A DNA stretch of 64,000 nt, from NCBI RefSeq assembly GCF_036321535.1, contig NC_087437.1, forward strand, positions 112,966,001-113,030,000, read 5' to 3'. Positions 24,050 through 36,559 of the stretch are shown one piece after another; the stretch's first letter is position 1; each line of letters begins with the position of its first letter. The translations under genes and the position numbers were made by a program. A model generated the notes under the pieces. That model did no database searches and was not told the origin of the DNA. It saw only the letters and a list, made by a program, of their open reading frames with translations. The stretch is from Camelus dromedarius (taxonomy: Eukaryota).

Positions 24050-24677
24050 CAGCCAATTCTCATTATTCAAAGATTCTGTTTCTGTGGATTTGCCTACTTG
24101 CAAAAATTTGTTTGCAACCCCCAAATCAGTACAGTGTCTTCACAGTTATTCATAGATAGAATGGCAGAAATTTTGAGTCTCTGATGAGTCTGTTCCCAGC
24201 CAAAGTTGAACAAGGCGACTTCTTGTTTCAGCTCTTGTACTGTAAACAAGTGCCTAAAATTTTCTCGCTCAGTTTAGTGTCATGTTTTTTGCACTTGTGT
24301 GGTTTTTGTTGGTGATTTTGCTGATTAAAATGTCCTCCAAGCATAACACTGAAATGCTGTCTACTGTCCCGAAGTGTAGGAAGGCTGGGATGTGCCTGAT
24401 GGAGAAAATATGTGTGTGAGGGTAGCTGGGTTCAGATACCAGTTGTGGTGCTTTTGGCCTTGTTCAATGTTAGTGGATCAACAATGTGTATTAAATAAGG
24501 TGTCTCCACACATAAAGCAAGATGATGTATTGATGAACTGACACGGATGTTGTGACCAGAGGCTTGCAGGAACCTGACCCTGTACTTCCCCTGGAAGCAG
24601 TGGTTTTGTATGATCTAAATCAGTGTTCGCAGCAACTTTATATGACAGAACTAGCACGCAAGACGAGAACTGAACTG
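24050..24677 (+). mobile_element. MER44 (MER44D-like, Tigger7-derived) non-autonomous TcMar element, full length
   Basis: CAG...CTG termini with TA at 24048-24049 and 24678-24679. Internal CCCAGCCAAAGTTGAACAAGGCGAC, GATGTGCCTGATGGAGAAAATA and TGTGACCAGAGGCTTGCAGGAACCT match the recalled MER44 consensus. Confidence 0.88.
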
Positions 24678-25499
24678 TATTTGACTCGGGTTTGTGCTTT
24701 GTTTTTCTGTTGAGCACCTCGTTGGCATCTTCCAGTAATTCTTCAACTTTTATCTGCAGCAAAGGAGATTTTTATTCCCACCAATGTTCTTACTCTGCTT
24801 GTCTGGTTTGTCTCCCACCATCCTGCCTTCCCTCTCCCACCCTCTCCTGTCTGCTAGAGAGCCAGGGGCCTTCTGTTTGAAAGGAACACTTAGAAGGTAT
24901 GGCAGCAGAAGGGCTTGGTGATGTGGCCAGAAAGAGCCAGACTGTAAGAGGAGAGCCTGGACGCCGTGTCCGTCTATCTCCCAGCCTTCGAACAGGAGAC
25001 TCAAGAGGGTTTAGTTAAGGCCGCGGAAAAGGATAATTAGCTACATAGTGGAGGAGCCCCCCTCAGGACTCTGTGATATCTCAAGGGTTTTCGTAACACT
25101 CTCCAAATCAAATATATTTTAATTACCTTTAAAACAACAGCAAAAAGTTGTTCACAGAGCAAAATCACGAGGAATTTAAGGTGCAGATTTTATGAAGTTA
25201 GCAGTTATGACCAATGTTTTGAAAGCATGTTCCTTTTCATATCTCTTACCAGATCTAAATAAATAGGATGGAGTAAGTTACTTAGTGTGGTTAAGCAAAA
25301 TGTTAAGGAAATCTCTGTTTGCCCAGTACTCCCTTGTCCCTCCTAATCATGAAATGGTTCTGGGTTCATCTCATTGTGGTGAAATATGATGCTGTAACAA
25401 TGACTGTCCTCACCTTACAGCGTTATTCATACTCTGCTTGCTTTCTTAAAACTTGCACATGGATAGATACACTAAAACATTCTCCTTAAAAAAAAATTC

Positions 25500-26410
25500 A
25501 AACGTCCCTAAAGGAACAGATGCTACTGTAACAAATTGAGGTACTTACCACTCAGATTGAATAGACAACTGTATTTTTGCCATACTTCTTTCAGGTCTTT
25601 TATTTTAAAGAAATAAAATGTTAGCTATAGTTGAAATCCTTTCTTTGTACCTCTTCTCATCTGTTTCTTCCTTCCCAAGTGCTTGCTTTGGCAGCACATA
25701 TACTTCTTCCTTCCCAAGAGGGAGCCATCCTTCTCAAGTCAGTGTGCACCATTTACATCCATCTTTTATGTTTTATTCCATATATATTTGGTCATAATTT
25801 GTAATATTGCTTTGTGGATTTTTAATGAACCAACTGGATTCATGATACGGAAGCTTCAACAACATTTTTTTCCCCCATCCAACACGATCTTCTTGAGATC
25901 TGTCATATAGATCCAGAGCATTGATTTCTGCTGTCCTGTAAGGTGCCCTGTGTGACTGCAGCACACTTTGGCCATTTGCCTCTTAATGGGCATGTCCAAG
26001 TTTACAGTGTTTCAAGCAAAGCTGAAGTGAACCTGTTGGCAGATAACTCCTGGGGCGTGGTGTGAGTGTTTCACTAGGCATCGAATTCCTGGTTCATTGG
26101 GTATTTCCATTTTCATCTTTACTAGTTACTGACAAATTTCTCTCCAGAGTCTTTGCACCAATTTACACACCCAACAGCCAGATCTGAGAGATCCTGCTTT
26201 CAACTCCCCCCGCCCCCATATATGGTATTAATCATGTTAAAAAAAAAAAAAAGAAAGAAAACTTTGCCAGTCAAGTGTCAAGAGCTGTCTCTGTTTTAAA
26301 CTTACATTTTCTCTATTAATAAGCGTGAACTTACAGTCTGGTTTTTCCCCCATTATTTGCTTTTTTATATACTTTGCTAATTTACATCCTGGGTTGTCTG
26401 TCATTTTTCT
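25500..26410 (-). mobile_element. Ancient L1 (L1ME-like) 3' fragment
   Basis: CAAATTTCTCTCCAGAG...GCACCAATTTACACACCCAACAGC and TTCTTGAGATCTGTCAT are antisense L1M 3' motifs. Confidence 0.65.
25679..25704 (+). pseudogene. 3'-truncated (tailless) U6 snRNA retrocopy, U6 nt 1-26
   Basis: GTGCTTGCTTTGGCAGCACATATACT versus U6 5' end GTGCTCGCTTCGGCAGCACATATACT: 24/26 identical, both changes CpG>TpG. Flanked by direct repeat TTCTTCCTTCCCAAG (25665-25679 and 25704-25718). Confidence 0.9.
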
Positions 26411-28569
26411 AATCTAAGAAAACAAAGGCGATGCTTTCTGTACAAGTGCAGTTCAAATGAAGGCCTAGGACCCTGCCCTGGCTTCACTCTGCCACTGGCA
26501 GGAGTGAAGAGGGGGCCCCAGATTCCACATGCTTCTGGCAACACCCTCTTTCACTCTTGCCTTCCCCCCTTCTCCGCTCCCTCCTGCCTGGCTCTGCGAC
26601 CTGCCTGGAGAGCTGGGAACCAATATGACGATGGCTATTGCTCTGCTTTATGAGAGTCACCACGGGAAGGCCAGGATCTCCACATTGTCCCTCACCCTCA
26701 GGAACCCAATCCCCATTGAACTCAGAATATAACTGTCTTCCATCCCATCTCCTACCCTGAAACCTGCTCTCTGTGCCCCTCCTCAGCTGTTCTAAAATAT
26801 TTCCCTCCTCTTGTTGCCCCAACTGAAACTGGGGTCACCCTGGATCCCTCTTGGTCATGGCTGTTTTCGCTCCCATAACATTTTTCCCTCTGGGCCTGGA
26901 GGCAGAGTAGGTGTCCTCCTTGGCCGCTTGCCCCATCCAGACCATTGCCCCTCCTGTCCTAAACCCCCTAGACTTGAATCTCACTTAAGGACCCCTGGCC
27001 ACACCCTCTTGTTCTTTGACGACTTCAGCTCCTGGCTCACTGTTACTCTTTCCACCCACCTGCGTGTGATTCTGGGTGATTTCTTTATCCATGCAGGTGA
27101 TCCTTTCCAGTACCCTGGCCTCTCCGTTACCTGATCTCCTCCCCTCCGATGGCCATGCCATCCACCCTCCCTTTGTAAGCTGCTCCCTGGTTATACCTTA
27201 GACCTTGTTAATACCAGTAACTACATCACCCGGCATCTCAGTTTCAAGCTTTCCACTCCCACCTTCCAACTCACTCCCTCTTGTAGCCCGGCTGCCACAA
27301 TCCATTCTGTCAACCCCACTGGGACCTGCCAACCAATCCTACCACCTTTCCTTGGTGTCTCTTCTCCCTCACACCGTCACTTCCCTTCCTAATCCAGTTT
27401 AAGTTCCATCACTGTGATCACTCCTTCACTCTCTAGATCCTCTCTCACTGATTACAGTCAGATACTTCACCCATTCTGTGCCTGCATGTGTACAGCTGAA
27501 TGTGGCTGGAAAGAAACCGTCTGTGCTGCCTGGTCTCTGAGAGACCACACACGGGCCTTTGATGCCTGGCAATGCACCACCTCCCTAGTCCATTGACTCC
27601 CCACCTCCCAGGTAAATACTTCCTTTTTCCCTTGTCAAACTTCTAGTGTCTTTTTGCCCCAGTTCCACTCTCAGCTGATGACCTCAGTCCCTATTTCACT
27701 GAAAAAATTAAGGCAATCATAAGAAAAGTTCCACAAAAGCTCAAACCACACCTACTATCCTGCTTGCATCTGTAACTGCATCCTTCAACCCCCATCCTGG
27801 GCGGATGGCCCGTGATGCTACAGAGAGCTCACGTCTCCCCTGTGCCCAGGGTTCTGTCTCCTTGTGCCTACTGGGGCATCACCCAGCAAATTTCACCCCC
27901 TCCCTCCTGCATCATCCAATTTCCCAGACTTCTGGTCGTTCTTATCAGCAAAAACATGCTGTTCATTCTCTGGGAAAAAAACTCAAAAGGGTTATCTCTA
28001 CTAGTCCTTTCTTCTCTTTTCGGTCTCCCTAATGAAGATAATAATGAAAGGAACAAAAAGAGGTCCAGCCTTTTGTACTGAAGCCCATCGCCTACGCCTG
28101 CCCCTTGAATTTGCTTCTGCCCCCACCCCACTGTACCACTGCTCCTCTGAGCCCGGATTTCACTCTGCCATCAGAGACACTGATACAGTTGCTCACATCC
28201 TCCCCCTTGAAACGCCCTCCTCTCTTGGTTTCTAGGGCATCACAGACTCTGCTCCTGACTCTGGTTTCCTCTGCAGACTCTTTGCTGGTTCCTCCTCACT
28301 TTCCTGACGCTTAGTGTTGGGATGTTCCAGGCTCAGCCCAGACCTGCTCTCTGTCTGCTCCCACTCCTTTGCTTCCCAGGTGATGTCATCCGCTCTTCTG
28401 ATGCTAAATATATATTTGTATGTAGACCTTGAGGCATCCTGGGCCCCTCACCTTCCTCCACATCCCCCATCCAGTACCCGCAGTAACTCCTGTCTTCTCA
28501 CCTTCAGTAGGTATCTAGAATCCCACTGGTCCAAACCGCACCCTCTCTCTCCTAGACCATAATAACTTC

Positions 28570-28992
28570 TTTATTAGTTTTCTGGGGCTGCTGTAACAAA
28601 GCACCAGAAACTGGGTGGCTTAAAACAACAGAAATTTATTCTCTCACAGCTCTGGAGGCTGGAAGTCTGAAACCAAGGTGTCAGCAGGGCTGACACGCCC
28701 TCCGAAGGCTCTGGAGGAGGATCCTTCCTTGACCCATCTGGCTTCGAGTGGCTCGTGACGTTCCCTGGCTGCGGCATCGCCCAGTGTCTGCCTGTCTTCA
28801 GCGGCCCCTTCCCTGTGTGTCTGTTTCCTCCCCTCGTCCTGGGCTTTTGATGCAGAGCCCACTGGGAGTCCAGGAGGATCACACCTCCAGATCCTTGATG
28901 AATTACATCTGCAAAGACTATTTCCAAATAAGGCCACATTCTGAGGTGTCAGGTGGACATGAATTTGGGGGGACACTATTCAGTCCACTCCA
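28570..28992 (-). mobile_element. MaLR solo LTR (MLT1C-like)
   Basis: GCTGCTGTAACAAAGCACCAGAAACTGGGTGGCTTAAAACAACAGAAATTTATTCTCTCACAGCTCTGGAGGC...GGTGGACATGAATTTGGGGGGACACTATTCAG. Confidence 0.9.
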
Positions 28993-29269
28993 CCCCCTTG
29001 TGAGCCCCCTCTTCCTTCTCTTGGCAACCCCTGCTCTGACTTCAGCCCCACGGCTTGAGCACATGGCTCCTCTGCTTAAACCCTCCAGAGGCTCCTACTT
29101 CACCTGCAGTAATGGCCAATGTCCTTCTAATGGCCTATAAAACCTGGCTGGTCTGGTCACCCTGTCAACCTCCCACCTGATCTGCCCCGGACTTTTGTTC
29201 GGGGAGTGCCCTCTGCCTGCCTGAGCCCTGCCTGCAGTCTTCTTATCTAACAGACACACATCTGACATT

Positions 29270-29440
29270 TAATACGCCAGGCCCAGTTCTAAGTATTTTA
29301 TGAACATTTACTTGCTTAGTTCTTTTAGTTTTCTCAACAACCTTATGCCATGGGTGCTAACACCCCTCATTTTCCAGTGAAGGAAATCCAGGTACAGAGG
29401 AGTTAAGCAATTCTCCTAAGGCCACACAGCTAACGGTCCT
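29270..29440 (-). mobile_element. MIR SINE
   Basis: CCTCATTTTCCAGTGAAGGAAATCCAGGTACAGAGGAGTTAAGCAATTCTCCTAAGGCCACACAGCTA. Confidence 0.8.
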
Positions 29441-32400
29441 AACAGGGGCACAGCACCACCTCTCCTTCAGGCCTTGGCCAAGTGTCACCCTCCCAGTGGG
29501 GGCTTTCCTGACCCCCCTGCTTTCCCCACCTCCTTCCCCTGCTGTACTGTTCACTGCATTTATTTTGCCATCTGATGTATATTTTATTTACTTACATCTA
29601 CACTGTCTGTCCTCCCCCCCACCCCCCAGGGGGAATATAAGCTCCGGTGGGTATGAATTTTCTCTGGCTGGTTCGTGGATGCATTCTCAGCGTAGAGGGT
29701 GCCTGACCCACTGCAGTCAGATGAACAAAGAGGACTTTTCGGAGAGAACATGGCAGATCTAAGTTAGTGCCCTAGGCTTTGAAAGCCCCCGTTCTAAGAG
29801 CGCCAGCTTCCACAGCCCTGTCTTCCACGTGTCCTGGGTGGAGAACAGATTGGTCAAAAACTGGATGAAGATTAGTCAGGATGAGTACAGCGAAGTACCT
29901 GTAGATGTAGAATCACAAACTTCCGAGGCTGGGTTCGCTGCAGGTAGTGAAAGACGCCTGGCCTGTGGCCCAGCAGTCCCACTGGTGGGCGTTTACCGTG
30001 AATCATGATTGGCACACAGCGGATAGTCATCAAATTCCTTTAAGAAAATCAAAACATTGAAAATCACCTCAATGTTCTACAGTAGGAGACTAATTGAAAT
30101 ACATTGCATACAGACTTGCTAACATGGACTTACCACCATTACAGAGCAGCACGAGGAAACGGCTATGATCTATTGATAGGAGCAACGTGAAATTTAAACA
30201 ATGCCTAATGTGTCTTAGATACAGAGACTTAATAGGAAAATAAAAAAGGTTTGCACCCAAAAAGAGAACCGGCTTTACCAGGATAGCAAAAAATATAGAG
30301 ATGAGTCAGTATATCAATGAGAGCTCACAGATAGAACAGAAAAATCAGTGTCTCTTGGCATAATTTTGAACACAGAAACATCATCAGGTCGGCACCAACT
30401 TGCAAGAAAACCAGCCAGCATGAGGGTCACCCACGAGGGAGGGCTGGGTGTGCGTCAAGCCGGCGAGTCTAGGGTGACAGCCAGCCCTTCCGCCGGCGAT
30501 CTGCTGGCAAACCCCCCGTGGGGGCCCAGAGTGTCCCGGAGAAGGTCCCTGGTGTAAACCTGGGTGGACTCAGAAGATGAGACAGAGGAGAGGCTGTGGT
30601 TTGACCACAAGTCTTCCTGGGAACACCTCTTGAGGGCTTGCTGGTGTTTCCCACTCACCGGGCTGGTTTCTCTTCAAGCTGAATAAATCGGTGTTGGTAG
30701 ATTCATTTTAGTTTGCTTCCTAAGCCAGTCTGAAGTGTTGCTAGGACTTTTTCTCAGACTAGGAGCTGCTTGGGTTGTCATGATGGTGACGGTCTGATGC
30801 TGGGAAAGAGTGAGACAGCCCTGAGCAGGGGGCGAGTGGGGGCCCCCGGCTGTCACTGGATGAAAGCAGTAGCTTAACGGTGGTACAGGACAGTCTGAGT
30901 GAGTCTTTAAAAAAAAAATCAGGAGAAAAAGACCGGAATGCTGAGTGCCAACATACCAGCCGTAGTTGACTCTGAGAATTGTGATGATGGGTATGAAAAA
31001 AATAAATAAATAAAGGGCTACGTGCTGACGAACATAGTAGAAATATTTCCAATAACAATGAAGAAAGACTGAGCAAGAAAAACAGCATGAGAAACAACCT
31101 AAAGGGTCCTCACAGCAACCTTCCTACTTGGCAGATGCCTGATTCAGAGAGAGCTCACATGGCGCGGGGCATGGTGGACCTGGTGTGTGAAGTCATCATC
31201 CCTGGGGGCTTTATTCTGCTCTTCCTGGTCTTAGGAGAGACCCAAGAGGGCTCAGCGAAGCACAGCTAATGACAGAATTAAGAAGATAATAGCAGTTTGG
31301 ATTATTTAGCCTAAAAGAAATTATGGCCTAAAAATTGCCTGAAGTAAGTCAAGAGGTTTCAGATGAAGACACTGATCAATTGTAAGCCATTTTCACAGAG
31401 GACAGAAGAAAAAATGGCCTCAAATTGATTAAGAAAGAGCTTGAAGCAGAGATCCTTGCCAGGGAGGCTGTTGAGAGCCAGCCTGGGCAGACAATGGGCT
31501 TGCTCAGTCCGAGGAGAACTAAATATAGGAAACACCATCTGTTCTGGAAGGTCCAGGGAGACGTTCCAGAAGGTTCCTTGAAGTTCCAACCCTATGATGT
31601 CTCGATGAAGGTATAAGCTCACAGAATCTATTCCTGAACAACGTATCCTGGAATGCGAAGTGCCTGTGTTTTTAGCCAGGGTTGGTCTGGGGAGAGCCGG
31701 TGGCCATCTGTGTAATGAGAGGGCTGCCAAGTTACCATTCCTCCCACCGAGTCATGCTGTCTGAAGTTCTCCCAGGTGCTAATCACGGGCTTGGTCACCA
31801 AGAGCCCGATGGAGCACGAGTGATGCACTTACAGGCTTCTTTCTTCTTCTCTTAAGGTCAAGTAGGAACGAGTGTGGAGATTTTGAGATAACTAGTTTAG
31901 AGTTTCTCTCTTTTAGGAATTTTCAGGAAAAGTATCCAAAACATAGAAACAAGGCAAAAGGTCATGTCCTCTGAATGTCACATGGAGCCATTGTTTGACA
32001 GGCTCACCCCAGGATCACTTAATTCTTGAGGACAATCTACCTGTGTTTGACTTAACCATTCGCTGGTTGATAAGCCCAGACACAGTAAAGTTCCATGTTC
32101 ACGCATCAATTTCTGTCCCTAATGAAAAGATAACGACGAAGGCTATGTTTTTATTCCCATGAAGGGCATTAACCAGTTTTGTATCTACCGTACGACCCCG
32201 CAGTCATTCTAACATTCTGTTTGGTTTCTAAATGCCAGTAAATTCTGCAAGTGCTCTTTGAACCATCTTTCCTGTCCTACTGGTTTGCCCATTTTCATGA
32301 GTTACATAAATCTTGGACTCATGTCACATGTTCATTTTATGTCTGTGTGGGAGTCATGGGCTTAACTTTTTGAAACTTAATACTTTGAGAGAGGAAGGAG

Positions 32401-33329
32401 CAGAGACACCATCAGGAGAATGACAGTGATTGCTGTCTGTATAGATGTTTATACGGTCCTTCTTGGAAGGAGAAGGATTCGTCTGTTCCCGTGTAATCCA
32501 TGATTAGCCAATCCTTGGTGAGTAACTGAATTTTTTCCAACCTTAACAGTTAGCTGAGAGTGAGGTCTGCAGGACCGGGTCTAGGTGAAGCTGGTGCCTC
32601 CAGGATGGAAAGGAGTGAGTTCTGAGTGATCGAATAGTTAAGACTTTGAAATGGGAACCCTGACAGATGCAAACGTCAAACTGGGGAGTCAGATTTCAGA
32701 GGCAGAGGGGTTCAGGGGACGTCAAGGTCCTGATGTGATTTGGGAGGTGAGCGAGGCAGGGGCTGGGCTCCCTGGAGTAGAGGACAGAGGCAGAGAGCGG
32801 CCCTGAGCCCGAGGAGCCACCCGTGGGGATGTTAACTCCTCCCTGATGGTGACAGACCCTGGAGGTGGCAACAGGAACTCCGGCCCTGTGACGCTGGAGG
32901 GAGTGGGGTGCGAGGAGGGGAGCCAGGTCTCAGCCTCGGCCAGAAGGTGGAGGGATGCGGAAGGGCCGAGGGTGACAAAGAAAGGCTCCTTTAAACAGAA
33001 CGGGACAGGGGGTGAGGGCAGGGATGCCACACAGCTGTGGGGAGATCAAGGCTCTAGGAGGGGACTGGAGACTAGGGGAGCGAACTTTTCGGGCTGTGCC
33101 CAACAGTTCCTTGGTGACAGGCACCGATGGAGGAAGTCAGCCACGCGAGGCTCAACCATCCTAAGGGCGGTTTGTCGCGTGGGAGACAAACAGGCAGCGT
33201 CTGAGTGAGGTCGCTGCCTGCCCTACCCCAAGGCACAGAGACATGGGGAAACCTCGGACACCACCTGGGATGCTGCTGACGTCTCATCCTGCACGTTTCT
33301 CAGAAAACAGCTCCTCCATCTCGCAAGGA

Positions 33330-33620
33330 AGGGTCCGGGGACGGGAAAGCGGAGGAGGCGGCGACCCGCCACTCATGCCTTAGGAGGCAACACATGGCCC
33401 TGGCGGCCTCGGACCTGCGGGGCTGGAGTTCACCCTGGGACGGCAGGCTGGGCGCTGCGGGACTCCGCTCCCCGCGCCCCGGGGCGGCTAATCCGTCCCT
33501 GTCCGGGGTCCCACCCGTGGAGTGCCCGGGGCCCCCACGCGAGGGGCCCGAGCCCTCACAGGCACATCCCACATAAACCAAAAGGCCACCCTTCCGTGCC
33601 CGCGTTGTGCGGCGGCCATT
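33330..33620. promoter_or_regulatory. Small orphan CpG-rich island (candidate regulatory element)
   Basis: Roughly 28-30 CpG in ~290 bp counted by eye, with GC box GGGGCGG at 33481. Confidence 0.5.
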
Positions 33621-34744
33621 CCACTCCATGGGTGTCTCTCTTCACAGCTGCAAATTCCAGTTTTATCTCTGTTGAGTTTTCAAACCTGTTTACTTTTGAT
33701 TACAGTTTGGTTTTGAAAGGGAAGAGGCACACACGACCCAGCTCCCTGTTTTTTTCTCTTGGATGGAATAACAAAGCTTATTTATGGTGGAATTATTTTT
33801 TTTTTCATTACGGCCTATTTAATTTTATTACTCTACCACCTTGTGTTTTGAATTGGATGGGGGAAGAATACGCCACTGTGTTTTTTTTTCCCTCTTGCCA
33901 TTGATTGTGGAAAAAAAGTGTAGCATCCTATTAGTCATTCTGTACCACGATGGCTTTTCGCCTGTGACCAACAGAATTATATTTTACACTCAAAAGAAGT
34001 CTCTGAAGGAACACTTTCAATTCAACACGGGTGGTCATAAGATTCAAATTCTGGCCAGCCCCAGGCATCACACCCCAAGTCCACTTCCTCCCTGGTTGAT
34101 GATGATCCTCTCCAAGGATTCAGTAGACTGTGGGGCGTGAAGTTTGAGCTTCAAAGAGAAGTTTGAGCATGCTGTTTATTTGGCTCTTCTTACTATGCAA
34201 ACCAGCTGAAGGCATTACTTCACTACGTATTTTGCTGCCGCTCTTGGTTACAGCCACCTTGGCTCCCCAGGTTACTTCTCCATCACGCTGGCCTTTGCTT
34301 TCTTAGGCCTGGAAAGAGGATAAGAAAAGACATCTCTCCTTGGAACCAAGGAGGTTCCTTCACTGCTCAAGCAGGTTTGCAAAAGAGCTGGTCGAACGTC
34401 ACCTGAAGCTTTATTACATGTTCTAAATATTAGGTTTGGATCCACATTTCTTACTATTTTCTACTGTGTTCTTACCATGTTTTCTACCATGTTGAACTAA
34501 ATAGGTACTTTAAGGAGATGCTTCTGCCTCTGTCTGCATTTCTAGGAGAGAAAATGGAATCACAGGGGAGGAGGCTTGCCTTGCCTGAAATCCCCACAAT
34601 TTAAGAGAAAGACTTTGATCCGACTTTATTGTTTCCCTGGTACAAATGAAAGGGAATCAGATGCTCTCCAGGAAGGAGGTGGGGATGCCGAAGTCCCAGT
34701 TTCCCGTAGTTTACCTGTTCCTCGGTTACCTCAAAAAGCATCCT

Positions 34745-35065
34745 ACCGACGTGGAGAAATCAGAACCCCCACGCACTGCTGGTGGGAATGGAAAGCAGTG
34801 CAGCAGCTTTGGTAAGAGTCTGGCAGATCCTCAGAAAGCTGGACAGAGAGTTACCACAACTCAGCAGTCCTATTCATAGGCATCTACCCAGGAGAACTGA
34901 AGAACTTATGTCCACACAAAAACTTGTACGTAAGTGTTCACAGAAGCATTATTCACAATAGCCGAAACGGAGATACAGCCCAAGCATCCTTCAACTGATG
35001 AATGAATAAATACCATGTGCTATATCCATACAGTGGACTATTATTTGGCAGTAAAAAAAGAATTT
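34745..35065 (+). mobile_element. L1M (L1MB-like) ORF2 end / 3' fragment
   Basis: GTGGAGAAATCAGAACCC...GCTGGTGGGAATG...CACACAAAAACTTGTAC...TATTCACAATAGCC. Confidence 0.85.
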
Positions 35066-35143
35066 TAATAAAATCTGTAAGCCGAAAATAAAAATAAATC
35101 ATTGGGGCGATTTTTTTACTTCAAATCAAGGAAACTAAACATA

Positions 35144-35192
35144 TAATAATAACAATAACAATAACAATAATAATAATAATAATAATAATAAT
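35144..35192. repeat. (AAT/AAC)n microsatellite at the tail of an antisense MIR (~35195-35300)
   Basis: Seen directly. CCATTTTCAGATGAGGAAATCAAGG follows. Confidence 0.9.
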
Positions 35193-36175
35193 TTGTTTCT
35201 TATAGTTACTATTCTTACATATCTCATTTGATTTTCCTAATAACCTTCGAAAATAGCTATTATCATTTCCATTTTCAGATGAGGAAATCAAGGTTCAAAG
35301 AATACTTTCTGAAGCTCCCAGCTCTTCTGTCTCCAAAGCCTGGTCCTTACAGCTTCTGACGTGCAATGCCCACCATGTAACAGGCACCAATGGTGGCATC
35401 TTCAGAAGTGTGTCATCTTCTGTGGGATACACTTGACCTCAGGCTGGCAGAGCAGGGTGGGGTTAATGGTGGAAAGAACCAGTTACAGTGTGGTCTCATG
35501 TTTTTAGACAAATATTTTGGAAGAGGCAGGGCCCACAGATACGTGCAATTTTCTGTAGTTCTGATTGGTACAGTTCCGGGTGGTAATTAGGTAACAGATT
35601 CAGGCACCAGCAAGTAGTTTTGCTCCTGTATCCTGAGAAGGACTGTGGGCGCAGTTCTGAATTCATGGACAGGAGGAAACTTTGTAATACATTAATTCAT
35701 TCACTCATTCCAATTACTCCTGGGTAATTCTTTTTCTATCTGTGGCTCCGTCTGGGTCTGAAGCAAGCTTCTTGGATCCATGGCTAGAGAGCTTTTCTAG
35801 TTTGGTTTCTGGAGACAAGTCACCCTTGGTAATTCCTGGTTTCATGCCAGTGGCTCCTTCTAGCTCCCAGCCTCTCCTGGCCCAGCAGCCTGGGCTCCTT
35901 GTTCAGTCCAGACCCCCAATCCCTGCCCAGATGTCCAGACCTATGTTTGACTCTGTAAGGCTTTAGACTGTTTTTAATACTTTAGATACTGTTCACTGCT
36001 TTATGTCACCCCCTTTTCTCTGGTTTCTCTCTGTTTGGTTTTGAGATTGGCTCTGTAACAAAATTCTGTTTTTGGATTTCCATCCATTTGGGGTAGGATG
36101 GCCTTTCTCATCATGTCAGTCTTCCACATCGACTAGACTGTCTATTTATTTTTACCTTTTCCTTTGGGGCCTAAT

Positions 36176-36559
36176 TGTGATGGGCTGGATGTCTGTGTGC
36201 CACTCCCCACCAACAGTTCACATGCTGAAGCCCTACTCCCCAGTGTGATGGTATTAGGAGGCGGGGCCTTGGGGAGGTGATTAGGTCATGCGGAAAAAGC
36301 CTTCATGAATGGGATTAGTGTTCTTATGAGAAGAAATAAGAGAACTCTCTCTCTCTCTCCCCCACCTCCCTCTTCCTGCACCCGGTGAAGATACAACGAG
36401 AAGTCAGCCTTCCATAAGCCAAGAAGAGAGCTCTCACCAAGAGCTTGACTATCTGGCCCTCTGACCTTGGACTTCAGCCCCTGGAACTGTGAGAAAGAAA
36501 CATTTGTTGTTTAGATTTCCTAGTCTATGTGTTCTGTTAAAGCAGCCTGAGCTAAGACA
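36176..36559 (+). mobile_element. MaLR solo LTR (MLT1A-like)
   Basis: TGTGATGG...CCCCAGTGTGATGGTATTAGGAGGCGGGGCCTTGGGGAGGTGATTAGGTCATG...GCAGCCTGAGCTAAGACA, with TG...CA ends. Confidence 0.9.

Larger units (their letters stand above)
26600..29730 (+). mobile_element. Long L2 LINE remnant interrupted by an MLT1 LTR and a MIR
   Basis: ORF 26811-27134 contains DDFSSWLTV...VILGDFFIH, the L2 APE endonuclease 'ILGDFNIH' motif. C/T-rich L2 body, with the L2 3' end (ATATAAGCTCC...) at ~29635-29730. Confidence 0.8.

Noticed and set aside
25679..25704. Functional U6 gene
   Set aside because: Only 26 of ~107 nt are present, flanked by a TSD, with no evident PSE/TATA promoter.
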